A stretch of DNA of 64,000 nt from Octopus sinensis (taxonomy: Eukaryota). The stretch covers positions 27,962,001-28,026,000 of the forward strand of contig NC_043017.1 in NCBI RefSeq assembly GCF_006345805.1. Reading direction: 5' to 3'. The position numbers and the translations under genes are program-made. Shown here in pieces: positions 28,047 through 41,586 of this stretch. Numbering within the stretch: the first letter of the stretch is position 1; every line of letters begins with the position of its first letter. The notes below the pieces were generated by a model. The model was not told where the DNA came from. It worked only from the letters and a program-made list of their open reading frames with translations, and did no database searches.

Positions 28047-28470
28047 ATCACCATCATCATCATTGTTCGACCGTGGTCGAGACAATGGAATTTACCATGC
28101 TACGCCAGACTTCACGGTCCATCATGGCATTACGGAGGTCCTGTTGCTGGATGCCTGTATCCCTGGAGATTACATCAGGGTAGGAGAGTGTGCGCCCTCT
28201 GGTATTGCGAGTAGATGGCTTCCAGAGGAGGAGAGTAGAAATTACCTCTTTTTCAGCTCTACAACAATGTCCAGCAAACTGGACTCTCCTACCTTTCACA
28301 AGAGATGACACAGGTGGTAGTTTCCCATATATTTGTACTTTGGTTGGATGAGGCTTCCATGAGAGATTTTGAGCTCTCATAAGGAGGCGAGTGTAGGTTC
28401 CATCCAACCGCCTCTCAAGCTTCTTTGATAACGTCCAGGTTTCTGAGCCATATAGTAGAATTGGTAGAAT
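28047..28470 (-). mobile_element. RTE-clade LINE 3' end, 5'-truncated
   Basis: ILLYGSETWTL..ERRLDG...QFAGHCCR...RGR...MMDREVWR open to a stop codon, followed by a (TGA)n tail. Confidence 0.85.
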
Positions 28471-28832
28471 TGAATAACAAACATAATTCATAACGTACCA
28501 ACTATTTCAGTAAAAAAAACTTACAATTTTGCTTATATACCAAATTCTCGCAATCTCGAGTCTGAAGGAATTGTATTCCTTCATTCTATAAATTGTTTTC
28601 TCTTCGTTTTTTTTTGTGTTTGTTTTTTGTCTTCTATTTGCTCAAGTCTGAAATCAAATGCAAAAGTGCACACAACTTGTTGACTGTTATCTTCACGTCA
28701 CTTTGATATATGCCACTATGGCTTCATAAAAGAAAGCATCCTCCCCGTCCTCCTCATCATCATCATCATCATCAGCATCAGCATCATGATGATGTTTTGT
28801 AAATAGCATTTGCCAGTTTATATGTCGATATA

Positions 28833-29073
28833 CTTACTCTTTACTCTTTTCCGCTTTTACTTGTTTCAGTCATTTGACTGCGGCCATGCTGGAGCACCGC
28901 CTTTAGTCGCACAAATCGACCCCGGGACTTTATTCTTTGTAAGCCTAGTACTTATTCTGTCGGTCTCTTTTGCCGAACCGCTAGATAACGGTGACGTAAA
29001 CACACCAGCGTCGGTTGTCAAGCAATGCTAGGGGGACAAACACAGAAACACAAACATACACGCGCACACACAC

Positions 29074-29120
<47 letters not shown>

Positions 29121-29278
29121 ATATACATACATATATACGACGGGATTCTTTCTGTTTCCGACTACGAAATTCACTCACAAGGCTTTGGTCGGCCCAAGGC
29201 TATAGTAGAAGACACTTGCCCAAGATGCCACGCAGTGTGACTGAACCCGGAACCATGTGGTTGGTAAGCAAATTACTT
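28833..29278 (-). mobile_element. SINE family A
   Basis: Near full-length match. Confidence 0.9.
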
Positions 29279-29559
29279 GTAAATAGAATAATTAGATTTA
29301 CTTTGATTTAAAAGTAAATATAAGAATCTCAATGAGAGAAAACGCTGTGGCACTCGGGTGCTTAGGGTGAATAGACAGGTGGAAATGGCTACGAATCACT
29401 AACGGACGGGGTTCGTAGAAGTTTGATCAGCAACATATATCAGCCAAATTTTATTGAAACCATAATTAATACTCATTAAAAATCCTACCTAAAAATAAAA
29501 CGAAGTACCGGTTTAAAAAGCCCGTGCAGTTACTACTAAACCATATCTAAACTTGTGAC

Positions 29560-30129
29560 GCCGGGCGAAATGCTTTGCGGTATTTCGTCTGCCGTTACGT
29601 CCTGAGTTCAAATTCCGCCGAGGTCGACCTTGCCTTTCATCCTTTCGGGGTCGATAAATAAAGTACCACTCTTTCACTGGAGTCGATGTAATCAGCTTAA
29701 TCCGTTTGTCTGTCCTTGTTTGTCCCCTCTGTGATTAGCCCTTTGTGAGTAGTAAAGAAATAGGTATTTCATCTGCCGCTACGTTCTGAGTTCAAATTCC
29801 GCCGAGGTCGACTTTGCCTTTCATCCTTTAGGAGTCGATGAATAAAGTACCACTCTCGCACTGGGGTCGATGTAATCGGCTTAATCGCTTTATCTGTCCT
29901 TGTTTGTCCCTTCTGTGATTAGCGCCTTGTGAGTAGTAAAGAAATAGGTATTTCATCTGCCGCTACGTTCTGAGTTCAAATTCCGCCGAGGTCGACTTTG
30001 CCTTTCATCCTTTAGGGGTCGATGAATAAAGTACCAGTCTCGCACTGGGATCGATGTAATCGGCTTAATCCATTTGTCTGTCCTTGTTTGTCCCCTCTGT
30101 GTTTAGCCCCTTGTGGGTAGTAAAGAAAT
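29560..30129 (+). mobile_element. SINE family C trimer (3 x 184 bp) inside one 17-bp TSD
   Basis: Units start at 29579, 29763 and 29947. TSD ATATCTAAACTTGTGAC at 29543-29559 and 30130-30146. Confidence 0.9.
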
Positions 30130-31041
30130 ATATCTAAACTTGTGACAATCAAGACCGGAGCTGACTTGGATCTTAACGACAACGTCAGAAAACAATAATA
30201 TACTATGTCGTGCAAAATCGAATATAAGGAAGATATTTATAATAATAAACATTTCACTTATTCTTAAATCTATACAGAAATATGCTTAAGCCGTTGGTAT
30301 AAGTCAACGATCACATTTCCTTCTGTTGCTATATTCATGCAAAGCAGAACACTAAATGCTTGAGTCATAGCAGAGACAAGCTGCCTGATTCAGCTATATT
30401 CGCGTTTCATGTTGCTGGCGGCTATTGCATGACGTCTGTATAACAGATTTCAGAGAACTGCTAGTAAAAATAGCACTGAAATGTAACAATAAGCGGATGT
30501 AGCTTGCAATTTCAGCTATAGATATTCAATGTTATTGTATTTATTCCACCGATTTTATGGCTTATCATCATGATGTATCAATGCTAACACAATGTGGATG
30601 TATGGGTATGCATAGAAATGCGTTGATACATTCCTACATGCATCCACACATCATATGTATATACGAGAGGGAAAGTGAAAGAGAGATTGCCACATGTATT
30701 TACTTTACACACATATATATATATATATACATACATAAACACAAACTCACACACACACACACATATATATATATATTACATGTATATAATATATCTATGT
30801 ATATAATATATCTATGTATATACATACGTATATATATATATGTGTATATATATATACACACACGTATATAATATATGTATGTGTATACATACGTATATAT
30901 ATATATACATGTATATATGTATATACATGCGTATATATATATTTATATATATATATATATATGTGGGGTGTACATACATATATATCCATGTACACATATA
31001 CGAATCTCTACTATGAATGGATCTTTCTCTCTCTCTCTCCT

Positions 31042-31083
<42 letters not shown>

Positions 31084-31701
31084 TACGTGCATATTTATAT
31101 TTGATATCTCATAGGATATGAAATATTTATTTAAAGTAGTAAGTGTTCACAGTTACAGGTTGCATCAGTAGATTTTGTGTCAAAGATCGTGGCGTCCTCT
31201 CTTACGTGAAAGAACATTTTATCAAGCGCTATGATGTCAGAATTCATTATGCTAATAAATTTGACAGCATTGTATATATATATATGAGTGTAGTCCTGAG
31301 CAGTTTGAGAATTACTGGTTATAAAATACTTTAAATGTAAAATATCATGGATTGCCTTCAGTCATGGAACACTTCTGCTTATACTTAGTAACAATTTATG
31401 AATTAAGTTTCTAGGTCTGCACGAACAGGCTGTGTACGCCGAGCTAGTTGTCTGTCAAAAGGTCTCCCCTTTTCCAACACAATCGCTGGTTCGATATAAC
31501 TACTCAGAGATTTCTTCGCTTGGTGAATTTCTGAATGGTAAATGTATGCATGTATGTATGTATATATTTGTATATGTGTTTATATATATGTGTGTGTGTG
31601 TCTATGCGTGTATTTGTATGTATATATATATTACATGTATGTATGTATATATTTGTGTATGTGTGTCTGTGTGTATTTGTTTATATGTATGCATATATAT
31701 T

Positions 31702-31752
<51 letters not shown>

Positions 31753-32220
31753 ACATGGAAATATACATGTATATATATATATTACATGTATGTATGCATG
31801 TATGTATGTATATATTTGTATATGTGTGTGTATATGTATGTATATATGTGTGTATATGTGTATTTGTTTACATGTATGCATATATATGTGAGTGTATACA
31901 TACACAAATATATATAGATGCATATATATATATATATTATCAATATTGTTGTTGTTACTGTTGTTATTTCATGACTTGTGAGGGTGGTTAACCAGCCTCC
32001 TACGCGTATAAATAGCCAAGATAAATAATATCCATTTGAACCTAACGGAATTCGTTACAGGTTTCGAGAACAGCAACTTGTAAATGAACGAGACAAGTCT
32101 ATTATTTGGATCCAAGTACTTGTTTTTTGCTGTATTTTATCAACCGCGAAAAGAAACACAAGCAAAGTTACTTTCGCCAGGATTTGAAATAAGTGCGGCA
32201 AGTGTCGTCAGAATTACTCA

Positions 32221-32531
32221 TAAGTATTTTTCCCGACGTGCCAAAGATTCCGCAAAATTACCGCCATTTTGGTGTATTTATTTGGAGTCGAAAATCAAAT
32301 GAAAAGTAACTTCTTTTACCATGGATGATCTATATATTCGCTTCAATACTTTCCTGCCTATTTTGCTATCATATTAAGTATTTTTCCCGACGTGCCAAAG
32401 ATTCCGCAAAATTACCGCCATTTTGGTGTATTTATTTGGAGTCGAAAATCAAATGAAAAGTAACTTTCTTTACCATGGATGATCTATACATTCGCTTCAA
32501 TACTTTCCTGCCTATTTTGCTATCATATTAA
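32221..32531. repeat. 154-bp tandem duplication
   Basis: TAAGTATTTTTCCCGACGTGCC starts at both 32221 and 32375. Copies nearly identical. Confidence 0.92.
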
Positions 32532-32635
32532 TGGTAAAATATTGTTTATCGCTCTGGAGAGCAAAAACGCTATTGTAAGCTGAAGGCGATCACAAAGAAA
32601 TAAGTAAGTAAAAAAAATATTATTGGGTTGGGTTG

Positions 32636-32758
32636 TGACGTCAAGAGATTGCTTCACGAAGATCTGTTATGCTGTGTATTGTGACCTCAATTAATAGCTG
32701 TATGAGTCAGTTATGTCGTGAGGTCTGACGTCAATTATTGCAAAAAAAGAACGCGTCA
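32636..32758. promoter_or_regulatory. Cluster of CRE/AP-1 motifs (candidate enhancer)
   Basis: TGACGTCA at 32636 and 32726, TGAGTCA at 32703, TGACCTCA at 32682, CGTCA at 32754, all in non-repeat sequence. Function is inference only. Confidence 0.4.
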
Positions 32759-32882
32759 TTATTTTTGTGTTAGCTTCTGAGAATAAATTCCCCAATGTCT
32801 CAAGCATGCCGCAATATTCATATAATGCTTTTTTAGTATCATCATTATGATCTTGCCTCTGTGCCTTTCCCTCTACCTACAC

Positions 32883-32920
<38 letters not shown>

Positions 32921-33041
32921 ATATATAAATTTGTATATATAAAACATGCAAGTTACACATTTTCCGAATGTCAATGAAACGGGTTCCACTCACGCACTTG
33001 ACTTCATGTGATCGCGTAACACTTGGTCCCTATTATTATTA

Positions 33042-33076
<35 letters not shown>

Positions 33077-33278
33077 CATTATGTGAAGGCGCATGGTTAA
33101 GTGGATAGAGCGTCGAACTTACGACCGTGAGGTTGTGAGTTCAAATCCCGGACCAGTCTGCGTGTTGTGTTCTTGAGCAAAACACTATTTCTCTAACTCT
33201 TTCTCTCTCTCCCTCTCTTACTCTCTTCCTGATTCAACCCTCGCTCTCCTCTCACTATCTGTTATATATATATATAGT

Positions 33279-33480
33279 TTGAATTTACAAAATAAAAACA
33301 AATGACAAGGATGGGTGTGTAAACAGCAAACAGATGTATTAGTTTAACGCTCGATAAGTGAGAAAGTCTTTTACGATTCGAGCCTATGCTCTTCAACAGA
33401 AAGGATCGCAGGAAAATAAAACGGTGCTTAGCGATCAATCATGGTGAATGCTGGACAGAGGTGGTCAGACAGGAGAGCTA
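33279..33480 (-). mobile_element. Family F short (TA)n-inserted element, diverged copy
   Basis: Homologous to 39500-39702. Hammerhead-like motif at 33368-33403 (CTGTTGA core, GAATC). Confidence 0.65.
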
Positions 33481-34608
33481 TATAGTTGAAAAAGAGTTAA
33501 AATACAAATAAAATAAATATGGTTAAAAATGTAAATAAAATAGAAAAACTTTACTTTTGCAACTATATGTGTGAGTGTGTGTGTGTGTGAAGAAAATAGT
33601 TTGACAAAAGAATAAATGATAATGATTATCTTATGAACTTCATATGCCCACTGTCGTTTCTTCTATAAAATGAAGTGGACTCGTAATTCAGTACCTTAAT
33701 AATACGTTACAGCTTCATCGGAACCATGAATGTGAAGTGTAATTGGTTGAGTAAAAAGAATTATATTTGTGCAAATGGATATTACTGTGTCCTCATATAA
33801 GGAGTGCAGACCAACTAGTTTGTATTGCCATGTAGCTATATAGATTGCGATAATAAAATTAAAACAAATAATATTGTTTTGAAATAATTTAACACGTATG
33901 TTTCCGGTGTGCAAAATATAGCATAGAATATGCATGTAGTACGCATACATGAAATATTTGAATTGAAAATAGTACAATATGGTTTGAGTTTCTTATTATA
34001 AATTTATTATAGTGTATGTAAGGCCTCATGTACAACATAATAACAGTGTATGTAAGGACTCATTATCCGATCTAGACAGTTAGTTGCCGTTTCAGAAATA
34101 TAAGCCTCTAGCTTAGCTGCTTGTATGATCTTAATTGGCACTGGGTGTATCTAAACGGCTGTTCACAGACACGTTTGATAACAATTTATTCACGACAAAA
34201 GAAAAATACTTAATCCCAAACCATCAATTAACGGAAGATATTGTTGTGAATGTTTTGCATCGCAGCTTTGAGACTTTCACGGAGAATATTATTGTGGAAT
34301 TCCACACGCTGATGCGTATTACATGGCATTTAATACATTTTGCTCAGTTTCTCTTCAAAAATAACGGTCCGAATCGGTATGATTGAGATGACGCAATCCT
34401 TGAATAATATCGGTTTCCTAATGCTTCGGTGACCCAAGAGGAAGCGTTTCTGCGTCTAAAGATCGATGGAATAAGTACCAGACTCTAAAAAATGTAACCG
34501 TGTCAATTCTCTTGATTAATGCCTTCATGGCCTGCTGCAGTACAAAAGTTATGATGATGATATGTATGTATCTATCTATCTATCTATCTATCTATCTCTC
34601 CCTCTGTA

Positions 34609-34641
<33 letters not shown>

Positions 34642-34645
<4 letters not shown>

Positions 34646-34820
34646 AAAGTTTACGAAAAAAAAACAAAAGACGAAGACAGGTGGTGTTCATAACAAACAT
34701 CTGTATTAGTATAACGGTCAGGAATAGAAAAAGTCTTTTACGTTTCGAGCCTACTCTCTTCTACAGAAAGGGACACAGAAAAAACAAGGAGAGAAAAAAA
34801 TGTGTGTAGTGGCTAACATG
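34642..34820 (-). mobile_element. Family F short element
   Basis: Begins GGGAAAGTTTACGAAAA directly after (TA)n. Motif at 34735-34770. Confidence 0.75.
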
Positions 34821-34986
34821 CACAAATATAAGAGCAAAACCACGAACTGGTTTCCTTACATGCTGAAGGTAGATGCCAAATATGAAAATAAATTGCAGTC
34901 CTTGGACTTTCGTTATACTAATAGCATACTGGCTACTGGTATAAATTGTTATTTTTTAATAATAATTTTTACCCTCAATACATACA

Positions 34987-35019
<33 letters not shown>

Positions 35020-35023
<4 letters not shown>

Positions 35024-35304
35024 AGGCGCAATGGCCCAGTAGTTAGGGCAGCGGACTCGCGGTTGTAGGGCCGCGGTTTCCCAGACCGGGAGTTCTGAGT
35101 GTTTATTGAGCGAAAATACCTAAAACTCTACGAGAATCCGGCAGGGGTTGGTGGTGATCCCTGCTGTACTCTTTCGCCACAACTTTCTCTCACTCTTTCT
35201 TCTGTGGGCCTGCTCGCTTAGCCAGTGGGGTGGCGTCATTTGAAGGCTAAAACAATGCTAAGCGCATTGTAGCAACATCTGATAGCCTGGTCGGTCACGG
35301 TGAT
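35020..35304 (+). mobile_element. SINE family B head with a third type of tail
   Basis: Family B head, then GGCCTGCTCGCTTAGCCAG..GGTCGGTCACGGTGA. Confidence 0.8.
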
Positions 35305-35858
35305 ATATATACATATATATATATATATTCTGCATCATACAAATTTGATTAATTTCCCTGTAAACCTAGGCTCTCTCAGAAGCATGGTTTCTTGATTGAA
35401 CTTAAAGTTTTCTTTGCTGTTTAACATTTCCTCCGGGGTTCCCCGAGTGTATTCCTGTACACCAACGTATTTTTTAATAAATGCCCATCACCCGTTATAT
35501 GCGAATGTACACGCCAATCGAATGCTCATTAATTTCCTATTCAAAGCCGACGAAAACGTTCTCAATGGGCCTCGTACCACATCAATCCGACACACATATG
35601 TGTATACGTTGCCTCTATGTATTCATATATTTTCTTCTTCCTTCCTTTTACTCGTTCCTTCTTTGTTATCGCACAATTTACCATTTCTCTATTCGGTTTT
35701 AAGTTTATATTTATATTTCTTATATTTCATATTTGTTTATTTCTATTTAGATTATTTCACTTTTCAATTATTTATTCGAGCATTTTGATTATTATAGCTT
35801 ACGGGGTATTTTTTGCTTTGTACTTAATGGTTTTACATCTTCTATTTTCTCTCTTTTT

Positions 35859-35893
<35 letters not shown>

Positions 35894-37556
35894 GCTTTTT
35901 CCAATTTAAAATGCATTTGTTTTATTCAGAAAAATTGTATCTACGATACAATAGTTCAGGAATAACAATATCAACGGATATTGCTATTCGTGAGCTGAGG
36001 GAATAATTAACTGTAAAGATTTCCTTTGGCTATTAAGAGAATAAAATTCAAGTCCTAGATATGTAGGACAGGAATTTTATTCTGCTTCTTATTATATCTG
36101 TAATATTGGCTTCAGATTTTTGCTCAGGGTGAGCAATATTCTAGGACGGAGAATGGTTGATTACTTCAGCCTCAGTGCACAACTGGTACTTACTTTATGG
36201 ACCCCTTAAACATGAAACACGAAGATGTCCACGGTGGAATTTGAACCCAGAAAGTAAAGACAAAATACCGCCCTGTGTCCTAAAGATTCAACCACTTCGA
36301 TGTCTTTGATTGTGACGATAATATCGGTTTCAAATTTTGGCACAAATTCGATTACATTGGCCCCTATTTTCAACTGGCACTTATTTTATCGACTCTGACA
36401 GTATTAGAACTCCGAACGGGAAATCGGAAGACGTACCACAAAACATTTTCCTGGCGAAGTAACCATTCCGTCAGCTCGACGCCTGAGCTTGTATCGATTA
36501 TTTCAAGAAGAAAAATAAGCTGTTGAGCTGGCAGAATCGTTAGCACGACGGAGTACATGCATACAGGCATTTCGTCCGTCTTTACGATTTAGGTTCGAAT
36601 TCCACTGCAGTCGACTTTGCTTTTCATCCTTTCAGTGTCGATTAAATAAGTACCAACTGAGGACTTCCGTCGATGAAATCGACCTAACCCTTTTCCCAAA
36701 GTTGTTGGCCTTGCCCCGGAACCGATACTGATATTACTAGTAGTTGTAGGAGGATGACAAAGGGGGATAGTAATAGCAACAAACTGAGTAGTAGATGTAG
36801 GAAGGGGAGTAGATGGAGTACATATATAATTACACAGGTAACTGAACACGCGATAGATGTTTGTCCAGACCCCAAACTCACTCGTTGCTTAAGTCCCGGT
36901 TACTCAGAACAGGGTTTAATTCAGAACTATAATTCACACTTAGACATGAAACGGTTAAAACGCATTTCTGTACATGGACTTCTGACTGACTGTGATTGCA
37001 GTCCTACATTGTTTAATCCTAACAACTAAATCTGCGTCCATTCAACAGTACATACACACATACATACTAGTATAGGTAAACACGTACACACAGATGCGTA
37101 TGTATATGCACACACATACATATACACACGCGTGAAAAGCCGGAGGATTTAATCGGTATTGTTGGATGAACAAAAGAATGGATGTAGCAATAAACACATT
37201 AAAATCCCATTGGAGTCCACAAAGGATCCATTATATTTACATCAGGAATGTCTTTTTCTATGATTTACTAGTTTTGATTCATACGGAATTTACCGTAATT
37301 TTATTTCAATGGATTCCAAGACTTTATCAGATTTCCATTTAGATATTTCAGGAATATAAATGGGAAAAGATGGACTATCAGCAATTCTTACACTAATAAA
37401 CTACCATGCTACTGTGCAGACACATCTATACAATTCTCTTTATCACTCACCCTGTCGTTCGGGCTGTGCCTCTCACGCACACATTCAGCCATTTTCTCTC
37501 TCTCTCTCTCTCTTCCTCATAATATCCGTTGAAATAATATGTCCCTCTTTGTCTCG

Positions 37557-37598
<42 letters not shown>

Positions 37599-37785
37599 CA
37601 TACATACACACATATATACATACATACAAATATACACAGGCACCATATTCCTTTACATACATATGTGTGTGTGTGTGTGTGCATCTACAAGAAAATGAAA
37701 GTATATATTTATATATACATATATATATATAATATATATATATGCTTATTTTATGCATTACCACATATACACAAATATGTATATA

Positions 37786-37818
<33 letters not shown>

Positions 37819-37888
37819 GTGTGTGTGTGTGTGTGTATGTAATCATTTATATGCACATGTATATGCAAGCATTCACAAAGTGGTTGTG

Positions 37889-37955
<67 letters not shown>

Positions 37956-38448
37956 GTGTGTGTGTGTGTGTATCGTTTGAATACACATGTCAGTACGCGC
38001 ACACGCTCACATATACGGACATACAGATGCGTGTATGTGTGTTGTGTTTGTATGAAAGCGCCAATCAATTTCCCTATACGTGTGTGCACTTGTGAATTCT
38101 GTGCTGGAGAATTTTCCTACAAGTAGTCACAGCGAAAAAAAATAGCTGATAGCATAAACAACGAAGGAAGAACAGCAAATGCATTTAGCGTGGTTGCCAT
38201 TAGAAACTTGAAAATTTGCGATGCAATTCCACATGAGAACAGCCAAAGAGGTATTAAATTCCATCTTGGTGGTATTTAATAGCAACGATGAATCTTTACT
38301 CAAATCACGAAAATCATCTGAGAGTCGAATTACCTTCTTTGCAAATCAAGTGGCATCCTATTTATTATTCTGTATACTTACAAGCTTCATTCATCTCTAC
38401 TTTGCAGTGCATACGGATGCGCCCACGTACATGAACACATACATTGCA

Positions 38449-39034
38449 TCTATCTCTCTCTCTATCTATCTATCAACCTACATATCTATCAACCTACCTA
38501 TTTATCTATCTACCTACCTGCCTGCCTGTCTGTCTGTCTATCTCTCTGTCTATCTATATGTCTATCTATCTATATATCTATGTCTATCTGTCTGTCTGCC
38601 TATCTATCTGTCTATATATCTGTCTATCTATCTATCTGTCTATATATCTGTCTATCTATCTATCTGTCTATCTATCTATCTGTCTATCTATCTATCTATC
38701 TATCTATCAACCTACATATCTATCAACCTACCTATTTATCTATCTATCAACCTACCTATTTATCTATCTACCTACCTGCCTGCCTGTCTGTCTGTCTGTC
38801 TATCTCTCTATCTATCTCTCTGTCTATCTATATGTCTATCTATCTACTTGTCTATCTATATGTCTATCTATTTGTCTATCTATATGTCTATCTATCTATT
38901 TGTCTGTCTATCTATCTATCTATTTGTCTATCTATATGTCTATCTATATATTTGTCTATCTATATGTCTATCTATCTATTTGTCTGTCTATCTATATATC
39001 TATGTCTATCTATCTATCTATCTATCTATCTATC
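38449..39034. repeat. Compound (TCTA/TCTG/CCTA)n microsatellite
   Basis: Direct reading. An internal ~65-bp block is repeated at ~38472 and ~38705. Confidence 0.95.
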
Positions 39035-39049
39035 AACATACACATATGT

Positions 39050-39427
39050 TCTTTTACTCTTTTACTTGTTTCAGTCATATGACTGCGGCCATGCTGGGGC
39101 ACCGTCTTTAGTCGAACAAATCGACCCTAGGACTTATTTTTTGTCAGCTTAGTATTTATTCTATCGGGGCAGAAAGTTACGGGGCAGAAACGCACCAACA
39201 TGGGTTAACAAGCGATGATGGGGGAGACAAACACAGACAGACACACACACGTATGTATATATATATATATATACACGACGGGCTTCTATCAATTCTGTCT
39301 ACTAAATCCACTCAGAAGCCTTTCGTCTGCCCGTGACTGTAGTAGAAGGCACATGCCCAAGGTGCCACGCAGTGGGACTAAACCCGGAACCATGTGGTTG
39401 GTGAGCAAGCTACTTACCACACAGCCG
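39050..39427 (-). mobile_element. SINE family A (diverged)
   Basis: Match with internal deletions. Confidence 0.85.
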
Positions 39428-39446
39428 GGCCTCACCTGCAGCTATG

Positions 39447-39499
<53 letters not shown>

Positions 39500-39502
<3 letters not shown>

Positions 39503-39702
39503 TCCATGATAGATCGTTAGCTCCTACACGCTTTTTTATTCTCCTTGTTTCTCTCCGTGTTTCTTTTCTGTGTATCTTTCTGTAGAAGAGCGTATGCTCG
39601 AAACGTAAAAGACTTTTTCTATTCCTGAGCGCTATACTAATACATTTGTTTGTTTGTACTCCACCTGCCTTCGTCTTTTGTTTATTCTCGTAAACTTTCC
39701 CT
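39500..39702 (+). mobile_element. Family F short element
   Basis: Flanked by (TA)n. 39576-39611 reads CTTT-CTGTAGA-A-GAGC GTAT GCTC-GAAACGTA-AAAG. Confidence 0.75.
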
Positions 39703-40011
39703 TTATATATAGAAACATATATAGGCGCGTACGTATGTGTGTAAGCCCTACCACCATCAAAGCTTGATAACAGGTTTTGATAAGTAGTTTGGCAACAGAG
39801 TCCGAGAGATTCAGTACTAGGTTTAAGAAAATAAGTACTGGGTTACTTATTTATCCAAACGCAAATGATGAAAGGAAAACCGACCTCGGTGAGATTTGAG
39901 ATCAGAACATAAATAAGAACGAACTGCCGCAAAACATTTCCACCGGCGTGCTAACGATTCCCCCAGCTCGCCGCCTTAATAACAACAGCAACAACAACAA
40001 CAATAATAATA

Positions 40012-40200
40012 ACTCTTTTACTTGTTTCAGTCATTTGACTGTTGCCATGCTGGAGCACCGCCTTTAGTCGAGCAAATCGGCCCCAGGACTTATTCTTTGT
40101 AAGCCCAGTACTTATTCTATCGTTCTCTTTTGCCGAACCACTAAGTTACGGGGACGTAAACACACCAGCATCGGTTGTCAAGTGATATTGGAGATTACAA

Positions 40201-40231
<31 letters not shown>

Positions 40232-40232
40232 C

Positions 40233-40279
<47 letters not shown>

Positions 40280-40440
40280 GACAGGCTTCTTTCAGTTTCT
40301 GTCTACCAAATCCACTCACAAGGCTTTGGTCGGTCAGAGGCTATAGAAGACACTTGCCTAAGGTGCTACGCAGTGGGAATGAACCCGGAACCATGTGGTT
40401 GGTAAGCAAGCTACTTACCACACAGCCACTCCTTCGCCTA
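40012..40440 (-). mobile_element. SINE family A
   Basis: Full-length match. Confidence 0.9.
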
Positions 40441-41344
40441 GAACAAGAACAACAACAACAACAAAAACAATAATATAGGCAAATCTCTTTCCTTGCCTTC
40501 GTTTTTTTTTTTGTGTTTAACCTCCAGATATTATTACGACATCAATGAATTAATAGTTGATAATGTAATGGCCATTCTATTTCTTCATCTTCCCAGAGCA
40601 TTAGCCATATCATTTATATTAATTTTCTTGCCGAACGTTTTTTCCTTTGCGTTGTTTTTAGATTTAAGCAATTAAAAGAGATTAATCTTCTTTACAACAT
40701 GTATCAGCTTTTGCAAAGAATTCAGTTGCCATATCACAACGAGATTGACTTATTCTTTATGTAATGCTCTGATCTTTTATTTCCTTTATATTTTTTTTCG
40801 ATATAGAATGGTTTGGATATAAGCGACTATAATCGGATCTAATACGTTGTAAAGCAGCTTTTTCTGTTTTATGGACGAATTAAGCGATGCAGCTGACTAT
40901 AATAGACTTCTGGCCTTTTCTTTATTTTTTGCTACATATTACGTAATAATAACTGCTATCAAATCCAGTTTCTTACTTTCTCGTATACTAAACCGTGTGC
41001 ATTCTGTTCGCCTTCACCAGATCATCTCAGGTCATATCAAGGTTCACTATTCAATAGTTTTTACGATTGCTTGAACTAAATTATCTAATGAGATATTCTG
41101 CTCGAGGATATTAGGTTCTGATTTGAGCGGGTTAGTTACGGTTTTCACCTGATTTGCGTTTAGGTAAGAGCTCCGTTTTTACAGACGTTGGAGAAGAAAT
41201 GAACAAAAAGTAATCCACTGAATGGAGACATATGCCCAATAACTATATTTAAAATTCACGACAACTCAATGAAGGTTGGCATTAAAAAAATTCAGAGGAT
41301 GTTGTCTGGTAATTGCATGCTTAAATCACGTAAATAAGTTACAC

Positions 41345-41586
41345 ATATTACGGAGATGTACTTGCATAGCAAGTGATTTGATCTGAGATCGTGTGCTGAA
41401 ACGAAAACGATTGCAGCGTGGAAGGTATTTTGTAAGCTATTTAAGAAACACACAAAAGCCGTTCGATTCACTTCAACATTGAAGTTTAATTTGTCAAAAG
41501 CTCGGATTTTGTCAGTGAACAGGTCGCGGTCTTAAAGCGACGAAAATATTTTGTCAAATTAAACCTAAATGTTGAAGTGAATCGAA
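41345..41586. mobile_element. Short inverted-arm element (family G) with G3-C8 hammerhead-like motif
   Basis: 41462-41499 is inverted against 41549-41586. 41508-41558 reads TTTGTCA-GTGAACA-G-GTCGC..GCGAC-GAAA-ATATTT-TG(T)CAAA. Confidence 0.55.

Noticed and set aside
2957-30129. Regularly spaced repeats as a CRISPR array, or SINE heads as tRNA genes
   Set aside because: Whole units are repeated with no unique spacers, in a eukaryotic context. The heads have A/B boxes but run into SINE bodies without a full cloverleaf.
34080-34440. Possible Tc1/mariner remnant (minus-strand GPLFLK/FE-like); similar hint at 54350-54430
   Set aside because: Only one short degenerate motif each, which cannot be supported without a search.
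38221-39152. Long ORFs (296, 212 and 190 aa)
   Set aside because: They are translations of a (TCTA/TCTG)n microsatellite that lacks stop codons.
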